Shown here in pieces: positions 52,909-64,000 of a stretch of 64,000 nucleotides of DNA (positions within the stretch are counted from its first letter, which is position 1; every line of letters starts with the position of its first letter). Both the position numbers and the translations under genes were made by a program. The stretch is taken from contig CAXHJY010001764.1 of the NCBI GenBank assembly GCA_964016885.1, positions 1 to 64,000 on the forward strand, read 5' to 3'. Under the pieces are notes generated by a model, which was given only the letters and a program-made list of their open reading frames with translations, was not told where the DNA came from and ran no database searches. Source of the DNA: Eledone cirrhosa. Its lineage: Eukaryota.

Positions 52909-55620
52909 ATCATCATCATCATCATCATCACCGTTTTACGTCCGTTCTTCCACGCTAGCATGGGTTAGACGGGTTGTCCTGTTGTGGGCAGTGTCTGGTC
53001 GGCTGACCATGCCTTGCTCATACAGGAACTGATCTGGCTTGATTTCTACAGCTGGATGCCCTTCCTAACACCAACCTCATTTACAGTGAGTGCTGGGTGC
53101 TTTTTCGTGGCGCCTACACGTCCACTTTACAGTGTGGGCTGGGTGCTTTTTTGCCGTGGCACCTCCACGACCACCTTGCGGTGGGGGGGGGGGGGGGCAT
53201 ATTGTTTATATGCTTCAGCATGTACCCATGGGAGGTCGGGTACCCTGTATTACTGCGTGACGCCAGAAGTCACGGTCGTGTGTCATTGACTTTGAGAGGT
53301 GTAGTTGGGTAAGGTCGGCTTTTATCACCTCATCCCAAGTCATCTTGGGTCTCCCCACTCCGCGGTTTCCATCAACTTCTAGTGCTCTGCACCTTTTTAT
53401 GCAGCTGTCATCCTTCATACGCATCACATGTCCATACCAGCGTAACCGCCTCTCCTGCACGCAGCATTTGATTCCTCTTATGCTCAGTCTCTCTCTCAAT
53501 TCATTTATGCTTTGTCGTTCACGTATATTACTGTTACACATCCATCGGAGCATGCAGGCTTCGTTTCTCTCTAATCTACGTAGGTCTTCCACCTTCAGCG
53601 CCCAGGTCTCACTACCATGCAACATCGCTGTTCGGATACACGCATCATACAGTCTGCCTTTCATTCTGAGGGAGAAGCCTTTTGCAGCTAGCAGTGGTAG
53701 TAGTTCCCTAAACTTCTTCCATCCCGTTCTTACCCTAGTTATTGTACTTTCTGAGCACCCACCTCCGTTGCTAATTCGGTCACCTAGGTAGCAGAAGCTG
53801 TCTACTGTTTCTACAGGGCCCTCCCAGAGATTGGTGGTACTTGTTTCCTGTGGCTGTTTGCTTGCTGTTTCAGCACAGCTGCTGCATGTGAATCCTACAT
53901 TCTTAATTAAGCTTCCTGAGATCCCGCTACATCTCTTGTGTACCCATTGTTTGCATTTGGGGCAAAGAATGGAGTTCCTACCTACACCTTTCCTACATAC
54001 TGAGCAAGGCCATTTCCCTGAGGGGATCTGGGTTCTGTTTTCTCGTCTACTTATAAGGACCTTAGTCTTTGTCATGTTGACTTTGAGGCCCTTTCTCTCT
54101 AGTCCCTGCTTCCAGGTTTGGAATTTATTCTCTAGTTCTACCATAGATTCAGCTATGAGTGCGAGGTCATCAGCATACAGGAGTTCCCATGGGCATCCGG
54201 TCTTAAACTCCTCCGTTATTGCCTGCAGGACTATGATGAACAGGAGAGGGCTAAGAACAGAGCCCTGGTGGACCCCAACCTGTACGCTAAATTCCTCGCT
54301 ATACTCATTGCCAATCCTAACTTTGCTGACTGCTCCCCTATACATGGCTTGTACCGCTTTCACAAGCCATTCATCTACTCCTAGTTTTCTAAGAGCCCAC
54401 CAGATTACTGCACGTGGAACTCTGTCAAAGGCTTTCTCAAGGTCGACAAATGCCAAGTAGAGTGGCTTACTTTTAGCTAGGTACTTTTCCTGTAATTGCC
54501 TCACAAGGAAGAGCGCATCAGTGGTGCCTTTCCCTGGAACAAACCCAAATTGCATCTCGTCTATATTCACCCGGTCCCTAATCAGCTGTGCTATAACTCT
54601 TTCTGTTACTTTCATGACCTGGTCCATCAACTTTATACCTCTATAGTTTCCTCTATCTAGTGCATCGCCTTTACCTTTGTAGCAGTTGACAATGATGCTA
54701 CTGCACCAATCTTTTGGTATGGCCCCCTCTAGTATTACCTGGTTAACGATACGTGTGGTTATAGTGTGACCTACAGACCCAGATGCCTTCAGCATCTCGG
54801 CAGCTATACCCGATGGACCGGTTGCCTTCCCTATCTTCATATCTCTGATTGCCTTACTTACTACGCTGCCGCTGACTTGTACTGCTGGTCCCTCTATAGG
54901 GTCTACGTGGGGTAGGGTCTCTTCTTCCCATGCATTCTCCTCATTTAGTAATCTATCATAATGACTCTTCCATGCATCTTTCTTCTCAGCACTTGTGAGG
55001 GCAAGCTCACCTTTATCATTCCGGATACACTTCTCTCCAATGACATCACAACTATCTCTGACACACTGCCTCGCAATCTTGAATACCTCCTGTTTCTGGT
55101 CCTCACGTTGTAAAACATGCTTGAATTTTCTATCCTCTGCTTCCCTCCTAGCTAAGTATACTTGTCGCCTAGCTTCCCTCTTGGTCTCTATGTAATGTAC
55201 CCTGCTCCCCCCGTTCTTCCATTCTTTCCATGCCTGTCTCTTGGCCTTGACAGCTTCATCTACCTTATTGTTCCACCACCAAGTCACTCTCCTCCTGCTT
55301 GAGGTCTTACTCCAGCCACAAACCTCATCCGTCGCCTCTAGTAAGTTATTTTTTAGGAACTCCCAGTTCTCTTCTACGTTAAATGTCTCTATCTGTTCTT
55401 CTTTACTGTCGTAGGCGTTGAGTAAAATATCTTTAAATCTGTTACTGGTTGAGGGGACTTTCAGCTTCCAGATCTTTCTTCTCCAGGTTGGCCTCTGTTT
55501 CAGGGCTCGTCTAGTTCTGACCGTGAGGTCGCTGACAACTAAGCTATGTTGGGATGTACATTCCTCACTAGGGAAGGCTTTTGTGTTTACGACCGTCCAT
55601 CTGTCACGTCCTCTGATGAG
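52909..55620 (-). mobile_element. RTE LINE family B, 5'-truncated, uninterrupted reading frame
   Basis: The 849-aa ORF 53215-55764 lies over this element (N-terminal ~48 aa come from flanking DNA). Confidence 0.93.
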
Positions 55621-55764
55621 CAAAGAATCGCTGCTTTCACTCTTAACGGGATCTGAAACTAAAAAAATCAATTTGTGAACGCAGAAGTAAATATTTCGAA
55701 AAACATTGCAACCGAAGGAAAACAGGAAGACGATACTTTGGTTCGTGAAGATGTTCTCTGGCAA
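53215..55764 (-). CDS. RTE ORF: end of APE + complete RT + PHD-like finger; chimeric N-terminus
   Basis: NYRGIKL, QFGF, DLEKAFD, GVHQGSVLSP, YADD, CSVC-x10-CPKC-x4-H-x2-C-x14-CSSC. Confidence 0.85.
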   Translation of the reverse strand: MPENIFTNQSIVFLFSFGCNVFRNIYFCVHKLIFLVSDPVKSESSDSLLIRGRDRWTVVNTKAFPSEECTSQHSLVVSDLTVRTRRALKQRPTWRRKIWKLKVPSTSNRFKDILLNAYDSKEEQIETFNVEENWEFLKNNLLEATDEVCGWSKTSSRRRVTWWWNNKVDEAVKAKRQAWKEWKNGGSRVHYIETKREARRQVYLARREAEDRKFKHVLQREDQKQEVFKIARQCVRDSCDVIGEKCIRNDKGELALTSAEKKDAWKSHYDRLLNEENAWEEETLPHVDPIEGPAVQVSGSVVSKAIRDMKIGKATGPSGIAAEMLKASGSVGHTITTRIVNQVILEGAIPKDWCSSIIVNCYKGKGDALDRGNYRGIKLMDQVMKVTERVIAQLIRDRVNIDEMQFGFVPGKGTTDALFLVRQLQEKYLAKSKPLYLAFVDLEKAFDRVPRAVIWWALRKLGVDEWLVKAVQAMYRGAVSKVRIGNEYSEEFSVQVGVHQGSVLSPLLFIIVLQAITEEFKTGCPWELLYADDLALIAESMVELENKFQTWKQGLERKGLKVNMTKTKVLISRRENRTQIPSGKWPCSVCRKGVGRNSILCPKCKQWVHKRCSGISGSLIKNVGFTCSSCAETASKQPQETSTTNLWEGPVETVDSFCYLGDRISNGGGCSESTITRVRTGWKKFRELLPLLAAKGFSLRMKGRLYDACIRTAMLHGSETWALKVEDLRRLERNEACMLRWMCNSNIRERQSINELRERLSIRGIKCCVQERRLRWYGHVMRMKDDSCIKRCRALEVDGNRGVGRPKMTWDEVIKADLTQLHLSKSMTHDRDFWRHAVIQGTRPPMGTC

Positions 55765-56754
55765 TGAATATGTATATATATATATATATTATATATATAA
55801 TATATGTATATATATATATATATTATATATATAATATATGTATATATATATATATATTATATATATAATATATGTATATATATATATATTATATATAATA
55901 TATGTATATATATATATATTATATATATAATATATGTATATATATATTATATATATAATATATATATATATTATATATATGTACACATATATATAATATA
56001 TATATATATATTATATATATGTACATATATATATTATATATATATACATATATATAATATATATATATTATATATAGTATATATATTTAATATATATATA
56101 TATACTAGCAGAATGGCCCGGTGTTGCTCGGGCTTCTAAACATAGATTTTTGTGTATGCAAAAATATCTGTACACGAATATATAATTATATCTATATATA
56201 TATTAAAATAACAGATTAAAGTTTAAGCAAAGAATCGCTGCTTTCACTCTTAACGGGATCTGAAACTAAAAAAATCAATTTGTGAACGCAGAAGTAAATA
56301 TTTCGAAAAACATTGCAACCGAAGGAAAACAGGAAGACGATACTTTGGTTCGTGAAGATGTTCTCTGGCAATGAATATGTATATATATATATATATTATA
56401 TATATAATATATGTATATATATATATATATTATATATATAATATATGTATATATATATATATATTATATATATAATATATGTATATATATATATATTATA
56501 TATAATATATGTATATATATATATATTATATATATAATATATGTATATATATATTATATATATAATATATATATATATTATATATATGTACACATATATA
56601 TAATATATATATATATATTATATATATGTACATATATATATTATATATATATACATATATATAATATATATATATTATATATAGTATATATATTTAATAT
56701 ATATATATATACTAGCAGAATGGCCCGGTGTTGCTCGGGCTTCTAAACATAGAT
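55619..56754. repeat. 607-bp-period tandem duplication including an identical TA tract and a Helitron 3' end
   Basis: 55619-56147 matches 56226-56754; the ORF translations at 55804 and 56411 are identical. Confidence 0.88.
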
Positions 56755-58122
56755 TGGCATGTTTATTCCTCATTTCTGAAACAGTACAGTGAAGTACGGA
56801 AGACTTCGACCTGGGGATGGTGTCTACATTTTGTGCTTAGGCAAATAATTTTCCATTAAGATTTTTTAAAAGCATGTAATTGCGTTCCCTCTCTTTTTTG
56901 TTGTTGCTTTTGCTGCTGTTGGTGTGATAGCAGCCGTTGGTCGTACTACTAACACAGTCTTGTCCTTCTTCAGCCAATCGTGTATATCCCCTTCTGCCTT
57001 GTCTATTTAAACAATGATTGTAGCACCTCCTTGTTCTTCCGTCTCGGGCATATGCAAAGAGATTTGTCTTGCTTCCCACTCTTGAGCAGCCAACGTATAG
57101 TTGCTCGTGTGAAAAACATGACTCTACGAAAAGAAGACCAGCAACAACTAGGGATTTGTTGATAGACATTGCAAAGCTGACACGGTTCGGCGAATGGTTC
57201 GTTGATTGTGTTTCAAGTGCTCTTCTGGTGGCAGTACGTTCAGCATCTTGCGACTGTCAAATAGCAGATTCCACTGACGATTCGTTTGCCCGCCTCGTTC
57301 TTTTTCTTGCCCCTTTCGCAGTATTTCGGCCAATGGAGTATCTCTCCCTTCGAGGCATGACCTAAAAGCAGGACGAAGTACACTAAGACTTACTGGGAGA
57401 TTAAGGAGTAAGCGCGTCAGTGATGCATGTGATTTCCGAACCGTTGACTATGTAATTGCTGGCCTTGTGCCAAAATTAGTGGGACTTTTTGGGTGGCATA
57501 TCGGCAGTAACAATGACGATGAGCTGTCTGTACTTTCGTGAAATAAATACGTTTGTTTATATTTTGTTTTTGTGTATGCAAAAATATCTGTACACGAATA
57601 TATAATTATATCTATATATATATTAAAATAACAGATTAAAGTTTAAGCAAAGAATCGCTGCTTTCACTCTTAACGGGATCTGAAACTAAAAAAATCAATT
57701 TGTGAACGCAGAAGTAAATATTTCGAAAAACATTGCAACCGAAGGAAAACAGGAAGACGATACTTTGGTTCGTGAAGATGTTCTCTGGCAATGAACGGAA
57801 AATAGCGAAGATAATATGTCAGCAATGAGAACAATGTTTTCATAATGTTGTAATGCAGACAGCCAGACATACAGACAGATATTATAAGGGCGCGACGTTA
57901 TAGCTATGTATCTATCTAAAAAGACAGATTAAGAAAGTGAGGGAGATCGCTAACTGGCGCCTAACAACAGAAAGTTGAAAAAGAAAAGCTGCAGTTAATA
58001 TCTTTAGGCCGCAAGGAATATATAAATGTAAGTTTGAAGTCAATCGGAGTAGAAATCTGGAGTTGTATAGACTTTGCAAAAATTAGGACACACACAGACA
58101 GAGACAATTTCAGTTTTGTATA
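56712..58122 (-). mobile_element. Non-autonomous Helitron-like element with a PIF1-type helicase remnant
   Basis: RVSFAMSINKS..CFSHEQLYVGCSRVG (57035-57185); 3' hairpin GCCCG-AGCAACAC-CGGGC followed by CTAG|T. Confidence 0.8.
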
Positions 58123-58164
58123 TATGTATGTATGTATATATATATATATATATATATACACATA

Positions 58165-59460
58165 ACCCATGCTAGCGTGGAAGATGGACGTTAAACGATG
58201 ATGATGATGATATATATATATTCCACGCTAGCATGGGTTAGACGGGAGTGCCACTTGAGGCAAGGTTGGTCGGGAGACCGTGTCTCGCTCATATAAGACT
58301 ATCTGGCTGGATTCCCTTCCTAACACCAACCACATTTACAGTGTGGAACTGGGAACTTTTTACCGTGTTACCTACATGGCCACATTACAGCGTGGACTGT
58401 GAGTTTTTTTTTTTCCTTTTTTTTTAATAATATATATATATATATATATATATTTATAATATATATATATATTTATAATATATATATATATATATATATA
58501 ATCATCATCATCATCATCATCGTTTAACGTCCATCTTCCACGCTTGCATGGGTTTGGATGGGAGTTTTCCCACTTGAGGCAAGTGAGATATATTTATAAT
58601 GTATATATAATATATATATATATATTTATAATATATATATATATATTTATAATATATATATATATATAATATATATATATTTATAATATATATATAATAT
58701 ATATATTTATAATATATGTAGATAAATCTACCAAGAGTTTACGGCAGTGTCCAATCCGTATGAAGAACTCAATGTAATCCGGATATCATGGAAAGATATT
58801 ATTTCTGAATTTGATAGTTTGTATAATTTTGTATAATTTTGTACATAGATCTGTTAAATATACATGCCAATTCTAACACATATATATCCCAGAAACGATC
58901 GTTAAATAATGAACTTTTTTTGTTTAATATAAGGAACTGTTTCATTGTTTTATTCATTATTTTTTTAATATTTTATTTATAATATATATATAATATATAT
59001 ATATTTATAATATATTATCATCATCATCATCATTGTTTAACGTCCATATTTCACGCTCGCATGGTTTTGGACGGGAGTTTTCCCACTTGAGGCAAGAGTG
59101 GTTGTCTTGCTCGCATAGGACTGTCTGGCGGGTTTTCTACGGCTGGATGCCCTTCCTAACACCAACCACATTTACAGTGTGGGACTGGGAGGTTTTTACC
59201 GTGTTACCTACACGGCCACATTACAGCGTGGACTGTGAGTTTTTTTTTTCCTTTTTTTTAAATAATATATATATATATATTTTTTATATATAATATATTT
59301 ATATATTTATAATATATATATATATATAATCATCATCATCATCATCATCATCATCGTTTAACGTCCATCTTCCAGGCTTGCATGGGTTTGGACGGGAGTT
59401 TTCCCACTTGAGGCAAGTGAGATATATTTATAATGTATATATAATATATATATATATATT
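58165..59460 (-). mobile_element. Cluster of short RTE family A 3'-end fragments
   Basis: Fragments at 58221-58405, 58502-58585, 59017-59240 and 59330-59420, plus a + strand tail at 58165-58210. Confidence 0.8.
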
Positions 59461-59634
59461 TATAATATATATATAATATATATATTTATAATATATATAT
59501 AATATATATATTTATAATATATATATATATATAATATATGGAAAGTTATATTTAAATTGTTGGGTTAACAACGAGTAATGCAAGTCGATTGAAAGGTATG
59601 TCGTATCTATTTATTTATAAGACTGTTTATATTG

Positions 59635-59700
59635 TATTTTGTCTGAAGAAGGCATAACATATTGTTAATATGATATCCCTGAAATATATATAATGAAATA
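59635..59700 (+). ncRNA. Minimal hammerhead ribozyme, 'TATATA' family (CTGAAGA core)
   Basis: TATTTTGT CTGAAGA AGGCATA..TATCCCT GAAA TATATA TA ATGAAATA. Confidence 0.78.
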
Positions 59701-59794
59701 AATATGGTTTTATAAATATAGTTTCCATTTATTTAATATCATATATATATAATATATATATATATTTATAATATATATATATTTATAATATATT

Positions 59795-62430
59795 ATCATC
59801 ATCATCATCATCGTTTAACGTCCATATTCCACGCTTGCATGGGTTTGGATGGGAGTTTTCCCACTTGAGGCAAGAGTGGTTGTCTTGCTCGCATAGGACT
59901 GTCTGGCGGGTTTTCTACGGCTGGATGCCCTTCCTAACACCAACCATATTTACAGTGTGGAACTGGGAGGTTTTTACTGTGTTACCTACACGGCCACATA
60001 ACAGCGTGGACTGTGTGTTTTTTGTCGTGACACCTACACGACCTTGTTTGTTTCGGGCTGGATGTTGTGGTACCAACATAACTTTACATTGAAAGGGGTG
60101 GTGTGGATGGGGTAGGGGTAGTGGGACGGGGGTGTATTTTGTTAGAGGTGCCTACTGACTGTGGTAGGTTTCACTTTGCACTTAGGTAAGGCGGGTCTTC
60201 TCTATTACTGTGTAGCGCCAAAGATCTCGGTCCAGTGACATTGTCTTGGAGAGGTGTAAGTGTGTGAGGTCGGAATTTATCAAGTCGTCCCAGGTTTTTC
60301 TGGGTCTGCCTACTCCGTGGCTACCGTCTATTTTTATTGCCTTGCACTTTTTTATACAGCTGTCGTCATTCATGCGCATCACGTGACCATACCAACGTAG
60401 TCTTCTCTCGAGTAAACAACATCTGATCCCTCTTATTTCTAATTTATCCCTTAGTTTGTTTATACTTTGCCGTTCACATATATTACTATTACACATCCAG
60501 CGGAGCATGCAAGCTTCGTTTCTCTCCAGTCTGCGTATATCCTCTGGACACAATGCCCAGGTCTCACTGCCATGTAACATTGCTGTTCGTATGCAGGCAT
60601 CATACAGCCTGCCTTTCATTTTTAGAGAGAACCCTTTAGCGGCCAATAGTGGTATAAGCTCTCTGAACTTTTTCCATCCCGTTCTGACTCTAGCTACTGC
60701 ACTTTCAGAGCACCCTCCCCCACTGCTGATTTTGTCACCCAGGTAACGGAAGCTGTCCACTATTTCTATAGAACCATCTGTGCAATGGAATGAGTTAGTA
60801 TTCTGTGGGCACTTGCTGCTACTTATTGCACCAGAGCACCGGCCACATATAAAATCTATATTCTTAGTTAGCTTACCTGTGATCCCACTACATCTTTTAT
60901 GCACCCATACTTTGCATTTGGGACATAAAATGGAGTTTCTACCTACTCCTTTCCTACACACTGAGCATGGCCATTTCCCAGATGGGACCGGTGCCCTATT
61001 TTCCTTCCGACAAACTAGAACTTTAGTCTTAGACAAGTTAACTTTAAGGCCTTTTGATTCTAGGCCATGCTTCCATGTTTGGAATTTCTTCTCTAGTTCA
61101 GCCATTGATTCAGCTATGAGCGTTAGATCATCTGCATATAGGAGTTCCCATGGGCAGCCGATCTTGAACTCCTCTGTTATAGCCTGAAGGGCAATAATAA
61201 ATATTAGGAGCCTAAGGACGGAGCCCTGATGAACACCAACTTTTATGCTAAACTCTTCACTATATTCGTTGTTAATTCTAACCTTGCTGACTGTTTCTTT
61301 ATACATGGCTTGTTTAGCTCTCACAAGCCATTCATCAACACCTAGTTTTCTAAGGGCCCACCAGATAATCGAGCGGGGTACTCTGTCAAAGGCTTTCTCC
61401 AAGTCAACAAAAGCTAAGTATAGGGGTTTACTTTTAGCTAGGTACTTCTCCTGTAGTTGTCGTACAATGAAAAGAGCGTCTGTTGTACTTTTACCTGACA
61501 AACCCGAACTGCATTTCGTCTAGATCAATTCGCTCTCTGATTAGTTGCCCTATTACTTTTTCTGTGACCTTCATGACCTGGTCAATTAATTTAATGCCTC
61601 TATAGTTTCCCCTATCTAGGGCATCACCTTTAACCTTGTAGCAGTTAATGATGATGCTGCTGCGCCAGTCCTTCGGAACAACCCCATTCTGTATGACTTG
61701 GTTTACTATCCGGGTGACCATAGTGTGTCCCACCGTTCCAGATGCTTTCAGCATTTCGGCAACTATTTCCGAAGGCCCGGCCACCTTGCCCGTCTTCATG
61801 TCTTTGATCGCCTTACTTATTATACTACCTTCAACTTGCACTGCTGGTCCCTCTATTGGGTCGATGTGGGGGAGACTGTCTTTCTCCCAATTATTCTCCT
61901 CATTTAGTAGCCTTTCGTAGTGACATTTCCAAGCTACCTTCTTATCAGCGTCAGTGATGGCAAGTACACCATCATCATTTAGGACACACTTCTCCCCGAC
62001 AATATCACTGTTTTCCTTGACACATTGCCTAGCAATCCTGAACACCTCACGTTTTTGGTCCTCGCGTTGTAGAACATGCTTGAACTGTCTTTCCTCTGCT
62101 TCCCTTCTTGCGAAGTACACTTGTCTCCTAGCTTCCCTCCTGGCCACTTGATAGTCTTCTTTACTTCCCCCATCCCGCCATACTTTCCAAGCCTGCTTTT
62201 TGGCCTTAATTGACTCCTCCACCTTACTGTTCCACCACCATGTTACTCTCCTCCTGCCAACAGGCCTGCTCCAGCCGCAGACTTCGTCTGCCGCCATCAG
62301 CAGGTTAGCTTTCAGGAATTCCCACTGTTCCTCTATATAGTACGACTCTAATTGCTCTTCCTTACTATCAAAAGCATCAAGTAATATGCTTTTAAATTTA
62401 TGACTGGCTGTGGGGTCCTTTAATTTCCAT
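59795..62430 (-). mobile_element. RTE LINE family A, 5'-truncated, one frameshift near 61500
   Basis: ORFs 61491-62297 and 60182-61501. Confidence 0.93.
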
Positions 62431-62781
62431 TTTTTTTTAATTTTTTATATATATATATAATATATATATTTATAATATATATATATATATATTTATAATA
62501 TATATATAATATATATATATTTATAATATATATATATATATTTATAATATATATATATAATATATATATATTTATAATATATAATATATATATATTTATA
62601 ATATATATATATATTTATAATATATATATAATATATATATATTTATAATATATATATATATATTTATAATATATATATATATATTTATAATATATATATA
62701 ATATATATATATTTATAATATATATATAATATATATATATTTATAATATATATATATTTATAATATATATATATATATATA

Positions 62782-64000
62782 TAAGGCTATAACAGAGGAG
62801 TTCAAGACCGGCTGCCCATGGGAACTCCTGTACGCTGATGATCTAACGCTTATAGCTGAATCAATGTCTGAACTAGAGAAGAAATTCCAATCATGGAAGC
62901 ATGGCCTAGAATCAAAAGGCCTTAAAATTAACCTGTCTAAGACTAAAGTTCTAGTATGTAGGAAGGAAAATAGGGCACTGATCCCATCTGGGAAATGGCC
63001 ATGCTTAGTGTGTAGGAAAGGAGTAGGCAGAAACTCTATTTTATGTCCCAAATGCAAAGTATGGGTGCATAAAAGATGTAGTGGGATCACAGGTAAGCTA
63101 ACTAAGAATATAGATTTTATATGTGGCCGGTGCTCAGGTGCAATAAATAGCAGCAAGTGCCCACAGAATACCAGCCCATTCCATTGCACAGATGGTTCTA
63201 TAGAAATAGTGGACACCTTCCGTTACCTGGGTAACAAAGTCAGCAGTGGTGGAGGGTGCTCTGAAAGTACAGTAGCTAGAGTCAGAACGGGATGGAAAAA
63301 GTTCAGAGAGCTTATACCACTATTGGCCACTAAAGGTTTCTCTCTAAAAATGAAAGGCAGGCTGTATGATGCCTGCATACGAACTTGGCATTGTGTGCAG
63401 AGGATCTACGCAGACTGGAGAGGAATGAAGCTTGCATGCTCCGATGGATGTACAATAGTAATATACGTGAACGGCAAAGCATAAATGAACTAAGTGAGAA
63501 ATTAGGAATATGAGGGATCAGATGCTGTTTACTCGAGAGAAGACTACGTTGGTATGGTCACGTGATGCGCATGAAAGACGACAGCTGTATAAAAAGTGCA
63601 GGGCGATCAAAATAGACGGCAGCCACGGAGTAGGCAGACCCAGAAAAACCTGGGACGACTTGAGAAATTCCGACCTCACACACACCTCTCCAAGACAATG
63701 TCACTGGACCGAGATCTTTGGCGCTACGCAGTTATACAGACGACCCACCTTGCCGAAGTGCAAAGTGAAACCTACAGTCAGTAGGCACCTCTTACCAAAA
63801 TACAGCCCCATCCCACTACCCACACCACCCCCTTCCGATGTAAAGTTATGTTGGTACCACAACATCCAGTCCTAAATAAATGAGGTCGTGTAGGTGTCAC
63901 AACAAAAAAACACACAGTCCATGCTGTAATGTGGCCGTGTAGGTAACATGGTAAAAACCTCCCAGTCCACACTGTAAACGTGGTTGGTGTTAGGTAGGGC
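62782..64000 (+). mobile_element. RTE LINE family A 3' part, running off the window
   Basis: ORF 62864-63484 with PHD-like insert; family A UTR. Confidence 0.92.

Noticed and set aside
53345-54460. Long antisense ORFs recurring in RTE copies
   Set aside because: They have no recognisable domain and are explained as shadows of the RT reading frame.

Overview
This is a eukaryotic, almost entirely repeat-derived window with no host protein-coding gene that I can support. The repeat landscape suggests an invertebrate, probably an octopus or other cephalopod; that is inference only. Long (TA)n/(TATG)n tracts host nested insertions: three related RTE-clade LINE families with (GAT)n tails and a PHD-type finger inside the RT, one APE-RT LINE with an intact ~1000-aa ORF2, tRNA-headed SINEs that share RTE UTR modules, Penelope-like elements (PLEs; RT + CxCx5C linker + C-terminal GIY-YIG), two Helitron-like non-autonomous elements, a solo LTR, and CRE- and Tigger-like relics. 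The most striking unannotated signal is a dense population of type I hammerhead ribozyme (HHR) motifs. By eye I count about 14 complete or near-complete copies from at least 8 sequence families. Most sit in short, often inverted-repeat-flanked elements inserted in TA tracts. One family has a conserved non-canonical core (CAGAAGA, U4A) with an extended bulged stem I, and it has also been captured inside a Helitron-like element. All structures were read manually and no catalytic activity has been shown.
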